Shown here piece after piece: positions 1 to 29,630 of a stretch of DNA of 64,000 nt. Under the pieces are notes generated by a model. That model was not told the DNA's origin and did no database searches. It worked only from the letters and a program-made list of their open reading frames with translations. Where the stretch lies: the NCBI RefSeq assembly GCF_009914755.1, contig NC_060930.1. One strand, written 5' to 3'. A program made the translations under genes and the position numbers. This DNA is from the human T2T-CHM13v2.0 reference genome, Homo sapiens. Position 1 is the stretch's first letter; each line of letters opens with the position of its first letter.

Positions 1-11
1 TAAGGCTATGA

Positions 12-1219
<1,208 letters not shown>

Positions 1220-1886
1220 CTACACATATGTGTGTGTGTGTATATTTTATATATATACATATACAGATATATACACTTAAAAATTAATACAGTATTCTAA
1301 CATAAAGGAAAGTTATTAAATTATTAATTATAGTAATTACATTAATATATTGTTTATTTCAGTTTGTGAAGGTGCAGGCAGTCCTTTACTACAAGGCAGA
1401 ATAAAGTAGTCAGATGCTACTAACATCTACATGTAGAATAATCATGAATGCAGCAGCTGTAAATTAGACTAATATGCAAGTATTGTAATTGGTGACTCAA
1501 ATATCTTTATTAGCATTGCTCTATAATGTGATTTTTCCAGCATGATGAACACCTTTTGGTAAAGTTCCAAATAAAGGACAGTCTTCTTTCAATTTATGTG
1601 TTATTGTATGCTTTTTAGTCAGTGTGTGTTAAAGCAATGCAAAAATATTTTAAATATATGTACACATATATTGGATTAGATTCTGGGCTTACCTATGTTC
1701 TCCTCTGAATTTGCTGTTCATTTTACCTTCTATACATCATTAGTGGCATCACAATAATTTGAAAATTTGAAATAAAAAGTTCTTGGCCCATACCCACAGG
1801 AGCTGGATCAGTTTGTAGCATCCTCACAGACATTTGTGCTGGCTGCAGTATTTTTATTTTTTTGTGTCATCTTCCTCAATTCATTC

Positions 1887-2181
<295 letters not shown>

Positions 2182-2375
2182 CTCAATTTATTCTTGAGTG
2201 TTGCATTCCTGTCTTTAAGTGAGACACTGAAGCTTTTACATTCTGAATAATAATACATATAAATAAATAATAAGAATGAATATAAAATTAATGTTTCATT
2301 TAAAGTGATGTAAATGAGAAACTATAATAGTTATAAATAGTATATGGTTCATAAATACACATGATTTACAAATTC

Positions 2376-2672
<297 letters not shown>

Positions 2673-2794
2673 ACAAATTCTATTCTTAAGCAATTAAATT
2701 GGTGGAAATTTCTTGCATTTAAAAAAAATGAATTTACTACAGAAATTATATTTTGCCTCCCAAAACACTTTCACCATTTTTAAAAATAATGAAA

Positions 2795-2897
2795 TAAGGT
2801 TTGTTGCCCAGGTTGGTCTTAACTCCGGGTATCAAGTGATTCTCCTGCCTCAGCCTCCTAAGTAGCTGGGATTACATGTTGGAAGAGCTGCCCAGTG
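2795..2897 (-). mobile_element. FLAM-like Alu monomer
   Basis: gttgcccaggttggtcttaactcc...cctcagcctcctaagtagctgggattaca. Confidence 0.75.
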
Positions 2898-2913
2898 TGT
2901 CTGCAATAATAAA

Positions 2914-3014
2914 AAAGAAACTGAAACATTTTACCAGTTTGCATTTGCCCAGGAGCTATGGTGATCTTCTTTGAGTCCTTCCAATTTTAGTATATGTGCT
3001 GCCAAAGTGAGCAC
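2914..3014 (-). pseudogene. U6 snRNA pseudogene (near full length, diverged; possibly the annotated RNU6-155P, not verified)
   Basis: Minus strand reads GTGCTCACTTTGGCAGCACATATACTAAAATTGGAAGGACTCAAAGAAGATCACCATAGCTCCTGGGCAA-ATGCAAACTGGTAAAATGTTTCAG. This aligns to U6 with an ~8-nt deletion and a mutated ACAGAGA box. Confidence 0.92.
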
Positions 3015-3141
3015 CTCTCAGTGTTTTTATGGGTGTATCTATTGCAGAATGCATAAATAACTTTTTTACCTGTAGTTTTAGAATATTTGGATGTTAATAA
3101 TCTGATCTATTTTGCACCTGAATTTAAATACAAGATTTTAA

Positions 3142-3537
<396 letters not shown>

Positions 3538-3651
3538 AATAATTCATTTTAATACCTTCAAGGGATAGTGAGTTTGGGAATAAGCAAAGGGAGTAGCAAA
3601 TTATTGCTGTAAAATATATGAACTATATATGAACTATTTTGCCATAGAGAA

Positions 3652-5185
<1,534 letters not shown>

Positions 5186-5323
5186 GAGAGATTGTTATAA
5201 AGATACAAAGAGAAATTCCGTAATGAGATACCTAGTTGAAAACAGCCAGAAGTAATGTTCTCATGTTGTTTATTATATATAGTATTTGTTGCTCTGTATG
5301 TGGTATTCAAACTTCTAAACTAA

Positions 5324-6157
<834 letters not shown>

Positions 6158-8384
6158 CAGAAATTTTCTTAATAAAAAGGATTCTTCAAAGGGTTTTTTT
6201 TAGTGGCCTCCACTAAATTGTGTGTATAGCTCCCAGGAGTTTAATTAATAAACAAAAGGAAAAGAGTGAATATGTATTTTAACTCAAGGTACATTTATCT
6301 GTAGTTGTTCCTCATCAAAACTGCAGTAACTGTATTTAGATATTAGATGCTAAATGTATTTCTCTCTAAATAGAGTTTAGAGAGAAAAAATCAGCTACAC
6401 AAAGATAGATCCTAAACAATTAAGAATCCTCCCAAATTTTAAAAGACAGTATGATGAAATCTTTCCCTTACTCCTGTTTGCAGTATAAATGAGATTGAGG
6501 TTGACTTTCTGAATAATTATTTACAGGAAAACAATAGAATTCACATTTGATACTGTGAGAAGTCAAATAATAGAATTCTAGGGTTGAGATACCTGTGCTA
6601 CAGCTTAAACCATTAAGTCCCATATCTTGGAGGGTGGCATTTGTCAGTACTTTTTCAAAGATCCCCAGGTAGTTCCAATCTGCAGTTCAATTACTTATCT
6701 TTTTTAAAAATTAAATCTTTGTAAGTAAAACTTTCTTGTCAGGTGTTGAGGAAACTCTTGGTAACCAGAATGTTTTAAAAATTTAGTTTTTGTGTACTAA
6801 TTTTTAAAATGTATGGTATCTTGTGGAGGAGTTAAAAAAGTAGAACACTCTCTGGGATAGAGACTTAAGAATTATTTAAAATTATTAAAATGGTACACTT
6901 GATACAAAATTTGAAAGTAGAAATTAATTCTGTTGAAACTAATACTGTTGAGTCTACTTTTCTGTTTCTGGCCTACCGTATCTAAACCACTCTAAACAGG
7001 TCACTCACTTGTTTTATCCTTATTTTAATGAGCTTCTGAGATGAAGTTTCTGTAACCTCTTTTTGTCTCCTGTTTGTCACAAAGATTCTTCATGTCTTAC
7101 CTAAATTGCTTTGTTTACATTCTATGTTCGGAGATGTAGGTAGGCCATTTGATCATTGATGTGAGTATACACACTCATACACTATCCCCCACCCCCGTCG
7201 CACAGTTTAAAGCCTTCTCATTCGCATAGATAATTTTGTAAGTCTGAATAGCCTAATTTAGATAAACTTTCTTCGTAGTTCAATTAGAAAACTCTCCATT
7301 TTGAGTGCTTGGTTAGGTTTTAATATAAAGGAAACATTTTACATTAGGAATCATTGTTTTACTAACCTTACTGACAAAAAGAAATAGTGATGAGGAAATG
7401 ACTAAAACCAGTTCAGACAGTATTGAGCATCCAGATACTACAAGGGTTGAGAACAGACGGGACTAAGAACACATGTGGAGAAGTCAGCTCTGAAAAGAGT
7501 TTTGGATCACCTTCAGGTATAGGTGGATGAAGTTACCGATGTGTTTTCAGTTGGAGAGGCAGAGTGTTGAGGAATTTTATACCTATTGTGTTGTATTTTT
7601 CTGTCAGGTAGGCATTAAGTCATCTTGATTTTCTGTAGGATGGAGATAATATTGGACCCTTCAATGAAGTGCTAAAGTTTTGAGATAGTATTTGAACTGT
7701 GTTGGTGATCTTTATAATTTTAGTAAATATACTTATTATTAAAGCATATTGTTCAATTATCTTGTTCAAATAATTGGATTTTTAAGTGTATTTACTTGAC
7801 TTTTTAGGAAATGTTTAAATTGATTCTGTGAGGTAGGAAAGTGACTATAGGTTTATCTATATGTGTTTCTGATAGTCAAAAAAAGATGAAGTAATTGTCA
7901 TAATTGTGACATAGAATCCATTAGAAGTGAAATAATATAGTTGGTGCAAATACTATGCTAGTGATAAACATGAGTGGTGAGAATGAAACAGATTCTTCCC
8001 AATTTGAACTTTCATATTCTGGTAGGCAGGCTGTTTACATGTGAGGATATTTTTAACACTTGATTGAATTTCTCCAAATTTTATATAAAATAATGAGTAT
8101 CCAATTATGATCAGTAGTAAATAAAAAGTGGAATGTTTGACTTAACACTCAACTCTGCAGCTGAACCATTGTGGAGAAACTAAGGTTCGGAATGACAGCC
8201 ACACAAGTTAGAGAAGATTTTAGGAAACTGGAATTGATTACCTTGAAAGAAATAAGACTAATGAGGTGATTCAGACATGTTTCAAATGCAGAAGGTAGTG
8301 ATCATGTATCAATCAGTATTTTTTGGTGAAAACAGTAGAAGGCTTGATCTTCAGCTGCATTCAGAGGGATTTTAGACTAGTTTG

Positions 8385-8620
8385 TTAGTTTATTCATTGA
8401 GAGTTGTTTGCCTGCTATGTAGAGGCACAATGCCAGGATTGAGAGATGGATTTGTGAGCAGTACAGACACAGTCCCACCATCATCAAGCTTATGTTGCAG
8501 TAGGGAGATGGACATTAAACAACCTTTTATCATATGGTTATGCTTCAGTGGAGAAGTTCTGTGGGTGCTATGAAACCATATTAGAGAGGAAAGATGTGAG
8601 AAAGAGCAGTGTAAGATGGT
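8385..8620 (-). mobile_element. L2 fragment
   Basis: tttattcattgagag...tgcctgctatgtagaggcacaatgccagg, an L2 3'-end pattern. Confidence 0.5.
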
Positions 8621-9635
8621 GGCAAAACATTAGGATGGGTGACGGAATACCTCTGTGAACTAATCAGGCCTCTTTAAAAATTCACCCTTCCCAAACTACA
8701 AAATCAACTTATTTGTTCATTGTGGAAAATCCACAAAACCAAAATGAAGTGAATAAGAATCTTTGATATTTCTATTACATAGAGATAATCACTAGTTTTT
8801 TAGAAGGCCTTAAAAATTAAATGCATTTTCATCTTTATAAGGTGACTGGGAAATTTCATTTCTAGACCTGGAATTTATGGTTGTTGTTTCTCTGACTAAT
8901 GCTGCTGTATCAAGAAGAGTAATTATCATAATGATACTACTGTAACACCTTGCTATAGCCCCACTTAATAATTGCTTGATGAATTATGTAAATGAATGTT
9001 CATTCATAGTCCAAAGCAAATAGTTTTTTGAGATGTTAAATATAACAGGTAATATAAATGCTTTTTTACATAATAAAATGTAATGAACTTATTTTTACAT
9101 AATAAAATGGTATATATTTTTCTAGGTGAATGTAATTTAACAGCATGATAGTTAACATTTTTGTACCAAATAGGATTAATGATTTTTATTAATTATAGCC
9201 CTGTATAAATTTAAATAATTGATAGACCCATAATCCAGTAGTTTGAATAAAGTTATCTTTACTTTTGACATGTTCTTTTCATGCATTTCTGTCTTTCTAC
9301 CACTAAATTGCTGATATTCATTTACTTTCCATTGGATCTTTTTTGCTACCATTAGAGAATGAATGCAATTTAATGTTTTATGTGACCATTTAGACCTTTA
9401 AATATTGAAATACATTAAAGCAACATGGGTGTTTTTACTTTTCATGTAACAATTGTCTTCTTACCTTTAAAAAAGTAGCTTCTTAAATAATAGTTAAAAT
9501 TTTATGGTATATTTGTTAGAGATTTTCCTTAAAGAGGAAAATCAAGGAATTGAAGTCTTCCCCTTAGCTTTAATTTTAATCCCTTCCCCCCACTTTTATG
9601 AAGTGGTGCTTAAAACTGGGGGAGTTTATTGAGAA

Positions 9636-9947
9636 ATTATTATTATTATTATTACTATTTTTTTTTTTGACGGAGTCTCACTCTGTCACCCAGGCTGGAG
9701 TGCAATGGCACGATCTTGGCTCACTGCAACCTCTTGTCTCCCAGGTTCAAGCGATTCTCCTGCCTCAGCCTCCCGAGTAGCTGGGATTGCAGGCACATGC
9801 CACCACACCTGGCTAATTTTTGTATGTTTAGTAGAGATGGGGTTTCACCATGTTGGCTAGGGTGGTGTTGAACTCCTGACCTCAGGTGATCTGCCCGCCT
9901 CAGCCTCCCAAAGTGTTGGGATTTCAGGTGTGAGCCACCACGTCCGG
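9636..9947 (-). mobile_element. Alu (S-like)
   Basis: Full dimer, TSD tgagaaattatt, (ATT)n tail. Confidence 0.93.
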
Positions 9948-11504
9948 TGAGAAATTATTTTATGTATACAAGATTATCCTTTGATATTATCATTTATACA
10001 TTGTAAAGAAGGTGCCGTTTTTGCAGTGCCAGTAGTCCCAATAGTACAGTGAGTTCTCTCCATTAAGTATAATCCTCCCGGGATTTGGGATTTGTGGTTG
10101 CCATGTTGCCACTGGTAAGGTTAGAGTCTTCATAATAGCCGAGCTGAGCAAATTCTTCCATAGCAGGCACAGAAGAAATTGTGCAGGTCACCTCTGGGTC
10201 AAGAACTTATACAGAAGATAATGCTGCCTTGGCTTCTGGCACTGGGGGGTTGGGCTGGCCCTTGTCTCTGGATGCTTCAAATGAGATGCATTGGCAACTG
10301 TCCAAATTGGAAATAAACTTCTCAGGTTCCAGGCCTCCCTTGGCTCTGAGGCCTGTGTACGGGAGACAGCAGCATCTGGGGTGGATGCCTGCTTTACCAA
10401 AGATCAGTCTCCAACCTTGAGGGCTGTGCTGCTTATCTGTTGACAGTTGGGGAGCAGATTGCCAAATACAGGTCAGGAGGTGTATATGACCTATAAAAGG
10501 GTCTTCTCCTTTTCCAGTTAGGCTGCTCAGGGCTTCAGCTTTATTCAGTTGTTCAATTTTATTTTGTTATTGTTTAACAATTCTGATGTCTAGTTAAAGT
10601 TTAGTAATGCATTGGTTTGAGGGAATATGGTCTGAGTCACAAATCCATAGAGCTACTATTATGCAGGGATGGAAAGTGGCTTTTTAATGGAGTTGACCAA
10701 TCTGTTCCTAATATGAGTAATTAGTGATATTTACAAGGTAGCTTGAATCCTGATAGGCAGAGCACACTGGTGTTTTTCGTTTTGTTTTCATGGAATGTGT
10801 AGCGTATCATTTCTTTAAGATTTTATCCTACTCATCTTTTAATACTCCATTCAAAATGGAGTTCCTGTGTCCTGGTCCTTGTCCTTCACTGCTCCCCCGA
10901 GCACCATTTCTAGGACTACTTTATGTCAGTACTATAAATATTGCTGTACATTGTGGTGTACTTGTCTTTCTCCTTTTGTAAGTTGTAAACGCTTGATTTT
11001 ATTCTTGTGTCTTCAGGGCCTAGTACTTTTCCCTGTTAGAATAGATGCTCCATAAATGTCTATTCAATAAATAATTTTATCCTGTGCACTGTGAATATAT
11101 TGTCACTTTTTAAATATTGTTTTCTCCAAATATAAATTCTAGGCCATCCTATCAACATAAAATTTCTCAGAGGTGGTAAGATTGGGCTAGTCAAGGACTT
11201 AATGAGCAAGGGAACTTATAATACTATTTTTTAAAAAAGAATATTAGCAGCAATGGTTAGAAAGGGTTAAAGCCCCATAAATCTTTTTGAATAACATCTG
11301 TTTACATTGTGTTCATTTTAAGTTAATCAGCTAAAAAGTGAATGCATCCTTTTGCCAACCAGGAATCAAAATAATACAGCGGTTGGCATTCCCCTAGGCC
11401 ACCACCTGGTTGCTCTTCCCTATTTAGAAACTAAGCACTACTATCATTTTGGTGTGTATATGTCTGTCTTTTACTATTACTTACATTTTTAGTCTTGTAG
11501 AAAC

Positions 11505-11509
<5 letters not shown>

Positions 11510-11547
<38 letters not shown>
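11510..11547 (+). repeat. (GT)n microsatellite adjoining a FLAM-C-like monomer(-) at 11548-11670
   Basis: About 16 perfect GT units. Confidence 0.93.
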
Positions 11548-12264
11548 TTTGGTAGAGATGGGGTAGTGCTGTGTTTCCCAGGCTGGTCTCAAATTCCTGG
11601 CCTCAAGCAATGCTCCCACTTTGGCCTCCCAAAGTGCTGAAACTATAGGTCTGAGCCACTGTGCCTGGCCTTGTATGTGTTTTTTGTTTATTTGTTTGTT
11701 TTTTTAACATGAAAGATCTTGTACTCCATAAAATGTTTTACAATTCTATTTTTTTATGTAACAATAGCTCATGTTGGAAGATAAAGATTCACCTTACTTT
11801 AAAAAATTATTGCATGACTCTCTGTCCAGATACAGCATAGTTTACGAAACCATTTTTTTAATCGATAGGTATTCAGATGGTTTGTGGTTTTTCCTCTCTT
11901 AACAGTGCTTTAGCAGATATCCTTGGTGTGTACTAAGAAATACTGGTTCAGAGGATTTACCAGTTTATAGTCTCAAAGTGAGAACAACTCAATGTGGCAG
12001 GTTTTTAATTTTCATAACTGTGATGGATGAGAAAAGTATCTCATTGTTAAATGTATTAATATCTTTCTTAAGGGTACATATCAGAATTTACGCTTGTGTC
12101 TTCAGGGCCTAGTACTCCCAAGCTCAAGTGATAAAGATGGATCACTTTATCAAGTGATAAAAATATGGTTTCCTGGCATAATTATTTACACAAATGTGGC
12201 TGGCTGTTTGAAACACAGACTTTGGGTTTAAAAGATTTTTTTAAAAAGTTGAGTTTGTGATTTC

Positions 12265-14459
<2,195 letters not shown>

Positions 14460-14542
14460 TTATTGTAATATGTCATTTTCACTTTAGGAACTATATATTG
14501 TGTTCATTAACCTTAGTGTTTTCTTTTTTTAAATTCTTTTTC

Positions 14543-14923
14543 TATGGCTGTTTAAAAAGAAAAGTAGAAAGAAAAAGGTTTTATGCTTTAGTCATTTCAT
14601 GTGGTAATTATTACAGATCTCTCATTTCTCCCTTGCCTGCTATTCGTTTAGTTTACAGTGCTAAATGACTTACCTTTTTCTTAACCAGTTTGTTGCTGTA
14701 GCTTGTTACACTTTTCATTCTTGCTGTTATCCCATCTCTAGATTCAAGTTTCCTTTTTCTTCTTTCCCTTTTAAGCCTGTTTTTATGTGTCCTTATTTTC
14801 TTGCCCTATATCTTACTGCTGTATGTACTGTCTCTTAAGCTGAAAACAAATTCTCTCTGTCTGGCCAAGGATTCTGGATTCTGACTGTCTTCATGGACCT
14901 CTTTGAAATCTACTTGTTGCAAA
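14543..14923 (+). repeat. Local direct duplication, copy A1 (pairs with 17320-17706)
   Basis: Colinear over ~380 bp; 46-bp exact match 14831-14876 = 17617-17662. Confidence 0.95.
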
Positions 14924-15015
14924 ATAATTGGGTAATGGGGGCTGGAGGTCTAGGAAAAAAAATTGGGTAGTGGCAAAGATCATTGTTAAATCAGCACACT
15001 TTAAATATGTGATGT

Positions 15016-19764
<4,749 letters not shown>

Positions 19765-20229
19765 TTAATCCTTGGAATTGGTGGGGGGCAGTGTAATAAT
19801 GTAAGGAGTTACTTTATAATTCCTTATGCTTTTAGTATTCAGTGCACACTTTCATTTGTTCTCCAAATATGGATTTATATAGTGTTTTTAATTAAGTAAA
19901 TGTAAATTATCATTTTTTCATCTAGTCATTTATTCAAGGGATATTTTATTGAGCATCAACTGTATGCCAGGCTCTTACAACTCAGGAAAAGGGAGAGAGA
20001 GGGATGTATATTAATTGCTGTCTGTTCTATTGCTGGGCAAACAGAGGAATGAATTTAGTATAATGTACAAGTTACATTGGTTTTATATGTAGCTTTTCCC
20101 AGGCTAATCTTTGGAAGCACAGAGTAGCAAGCTTTCTCCTATTTAAAAAGAAAGTCATAAGAATAGCTGGAAATTATCCTGAAATGTATTCTTTTGGAGG
20201 AAGTAGTATAGTGTAGTAATTAAGAACAC

Positions 20230-21965
<1,736 letters not shown>

Positions 21966-21969
21966 CCTA

Positions 21970-23010
<1,041 letters not shown>

Positions 23011-23046
23011 TCATTAGAATTTGGCACATTAACAGTGCAAAAGTTT

Positions 23047-23605
<559 letters not shown>

Positions 23606-24034
23606 AGAATGATTTTGTCAGAAGAAGCCATTTGAGCTAAAGCGTAGAGATGGGATAAACCTGGAATACTTGGAGGAACTTGGAGCAGTTGAGAAGGCTG
23701 GAGAGTGTGGACCTGAGGAAGGAGGTGGGAGAAGGGAATTAAGGAATTAAGGTGGAATTAAGGAATTGAGGAAAGAAATAAGCGTTTGTCATGCTATTAA
23801 ACAAATTTTTTGAAAAGCAAAGGCAACATGATATTCCTTCATATGCAATGTAACTTCTTCACAAAACCCAAAAATGAACATTATTCAGTATGCTGCAAGT
23901 AGGTTTTACTGATGAAATGAAGGAAGATGCTGAGAGGTCTCTAGACTCACTTGCTATTTAGATGTCTAGTTTCAGGTTACCAACCTCAAAGTACTTTCTG
24001 CCTTTCAAATTTAGATCTTCAATTCATTACAGTA

Positions 24035-24212
24035 CCAGGTTTCATTGAATCTAAAATATCATGAATTCTAAGGTACACAATTAATATTTTATATACTGCT
24101 AAGAAAGAAAAAAGTCACTGCCAATTAAGTAATGACACATCATCAAATGCTAAATACATCTCAATTTTAAACGTGTTAATGTGTGAAAAAGTGCCTATTG
24201 GAGATACATGGT
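24035..24212. mobile_element. MER104-like (Tc2) DNA transposon relic
   Basis: Starts cc..gtttcattgaatctaa and has the matching length and internal text. Confidence 0.45.
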
Positions 24213-24474
24213 CTTTCATTTAATCCTCATAACAGGTTTCATGTACATATTATTCACTGTATGTCATAGCTTTTCATGGTAATTCGTATTGAGTAATCAA
24301 ACCTGTGGTTGTTCACTCTTCGAATGCTGAATTATACCGTATTATAATTTAGTTAATTACCTTTTATTGTTAAATATTTATTTCCAAGTTTTTTTCTTTG
24401 TTTTGTTTTTCACCTGCCCCTCCCTCTCCACCTCTTTTTTTTTGTTAACTGCCGCTTCGGAGAATATAAGCTTT

Positions 24475-25010
24475 TTTAAAATTAATTTTTATTTATAATT
24501 GACACATAATTGTACATATTTATGGGGTACAATGTGATGTTTCAGTGCTTGTATATGTAGTATAATGATCAAAGTATATTTACTGCTTTAAACGTGTCAT
24601 TTCTTTGTGGTAACAACATTCAAAGTCTCTTTTAGCTATCTTGAAATAAACACTACATTACTATTTGCTGTATTCACCCTACTGTGTAACAACACCAGAA
24701 TTTATTCTTCCTAACTATAACTTTGTACCCATTGAACAACCTCTCCTGGTCCTCCCCCTGTCCTCCACCCTCTTTCATTGGTAAGCACTATTCTACTCTC
24801 TACTTTTATGAAATCAATTTTTTTAGATTCCGTGTATGAGTGAGTTCTTACAGTGTTTGTCTTTCTGTGCCTGGCTTATTTTACTTAATATATTATCTTC
24901 TAGGTCCATCTGTGTTCCTGCAAATGACAGGATTTCATTCTTTTTTGTGGCGGAATACTATTTACCTGTAGATGGGCATTTAGGTTGATTCTGAGTCTTG
25001 TATAAATAAA
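24475..25010 (-). mobile_element. L1MA-type 3' end
   Basis: aattgacacataattgtacatatttatggggtacaatgtgatgttt ... gtgcctggcttattttactta. Confidence 0.85.
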
Positions 25011-25241
25011 CTTTTGATTGTTTTCTTAAGGATAGATGCCTGGAAGTGAAAATACTGGGTCAAAAAGTCTAAACTTTCTTATGACTCTTGATGTATATGC
25101 ATATAGTCATGTTGCTTTTCAAAACTACTATACCAATTTAAATTGTTTACAATACTTAAATGTGTAAATTCCATCTTCATTAGCAGAGTATCACAATAAA
25201 TTTGTTTTCTAATTCTGTAGGCAGAAATAGTATCTCTCTCC

Positions 25242-28511
<3,270 letters not shown>

Positions 28512-28599
28512 TTAATAAACTTTATTAAACATTCCCAAGGCAATGATGAAAATAATTAACAGTGAATTATTCTATAAAGATGTGTTTCCTTGTTAAACA

Positions 28600-29630
28600 T
28601 TGGACTTCTTGATAAACATGGAGAATGTCTACGTACATTTATATCTTCTTTCTCTTCTGAAACATCATTAGAATGATAGTATAGGAATTAAAAAAAATTA
28701 CATAGTTGGGAACATCCCTACCAAAAAGTTAGATGTGCCCAGTTACTCTAGAATGAAGTCATAGGTCTCCATGTACTTACATCGAGCTGCTGGTTAGCTA
28801 CTTAGTGACTTTCTAAATATGAATGGAAAACAAGTTGAGAAAAGCCTTTCCATGAGAAAGAAAAAAGCAATAGAAGGAGAAAAGCAGCCAGAAGTAATCA
28901 GAGACAATGGAGGGAAAGTAAAAATGTGACTGTAGAAATAAAATTTTCTGTGGAAGGGTTAGAAAGTCAAGTGGAGGACATTCCCAAGACGGTGGAATAA
29001 AGGGATAAATATATAGGTAATAGAAGAGAAAAGAGGCAAGAGTAAGAGTGGCAATCTTATAGAAGGAGAACATTAAATTATAGACCTCAGAAGGCAAGAA
29101 CTGAATAGGAAGACATCTAAAAAATAGAAAGAATATCAGAACATTCCTCATTGTATGATTTGTGCTTCCAGACTAAACATGTTCTTAATGTATGTAGCAC
29201 AATGAATTCAAGCAACACAGAGCCATATTATCATGGAAGTTTAGGGCACCCAGGATTAAGGCAAGATCCTTCAAGCTTTCAAGTAATAGGGGTGAAATAA
29301 AAAGGGGTACGAATAATCAGGAACCTAAAAGGCATAGCAGTTCTGGATGCTAAAATATATGTTCTCAAAATCTTGAAGAAAAATGACTTTCAACCCAGAA
29401 CTCAATTATATGTGTGTGTTCAATCAGTAATTTAAGTATGAAGGTAGAACAAAGACCCTATTGAGCATGAAAGGACTCAAATACGTACCTAGGAGCGAGC
29501 AGTGAAGGGAAGCCCCAGAATAATAGCTGGCAGTAGTTTCAGAGAGCAGCCAAACAAGGGAAGGAGGGGTGGGAGGCACTGTTGTTGGTTATATAAGCAA
29601 AAAAAATAAAAAAAATAAAAAAAAAAATAA
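28600..29630 (+). mobile_element. HAL1 / old L1 ORF1-like relic
   Basis: Purine-rich degenerate ORF1 text (aaaatcttgaagaaaaatgactttcaacccagaa; gaagggaagccccagaataatagctg) with an A-rich tail. Confidence 0.55.

Noticed and set aside
1290-1680. Possible hAT/Charlie DNA-transposon relic (also ~54390-54630 and ~6570-6690)
   Set aside because: The resemblance is too weak to name a family or set boundaries without a Dfam search.
2914-3014. Functional U6 gene
   Set aside because: The ACAGAGA box and catalytic AGC region are mutated, there is an internal deletion, and no upstream PSE/TATA is recognisable.
23737-23772. (GGAATTAA)n short repeat as a regulatory or CRISPR-like array
   Set aside because: About four degenerate 8-mers without spacers; ordinary slippage. 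There is no CRISPR array or prokaryotic feature in this primate DNA.
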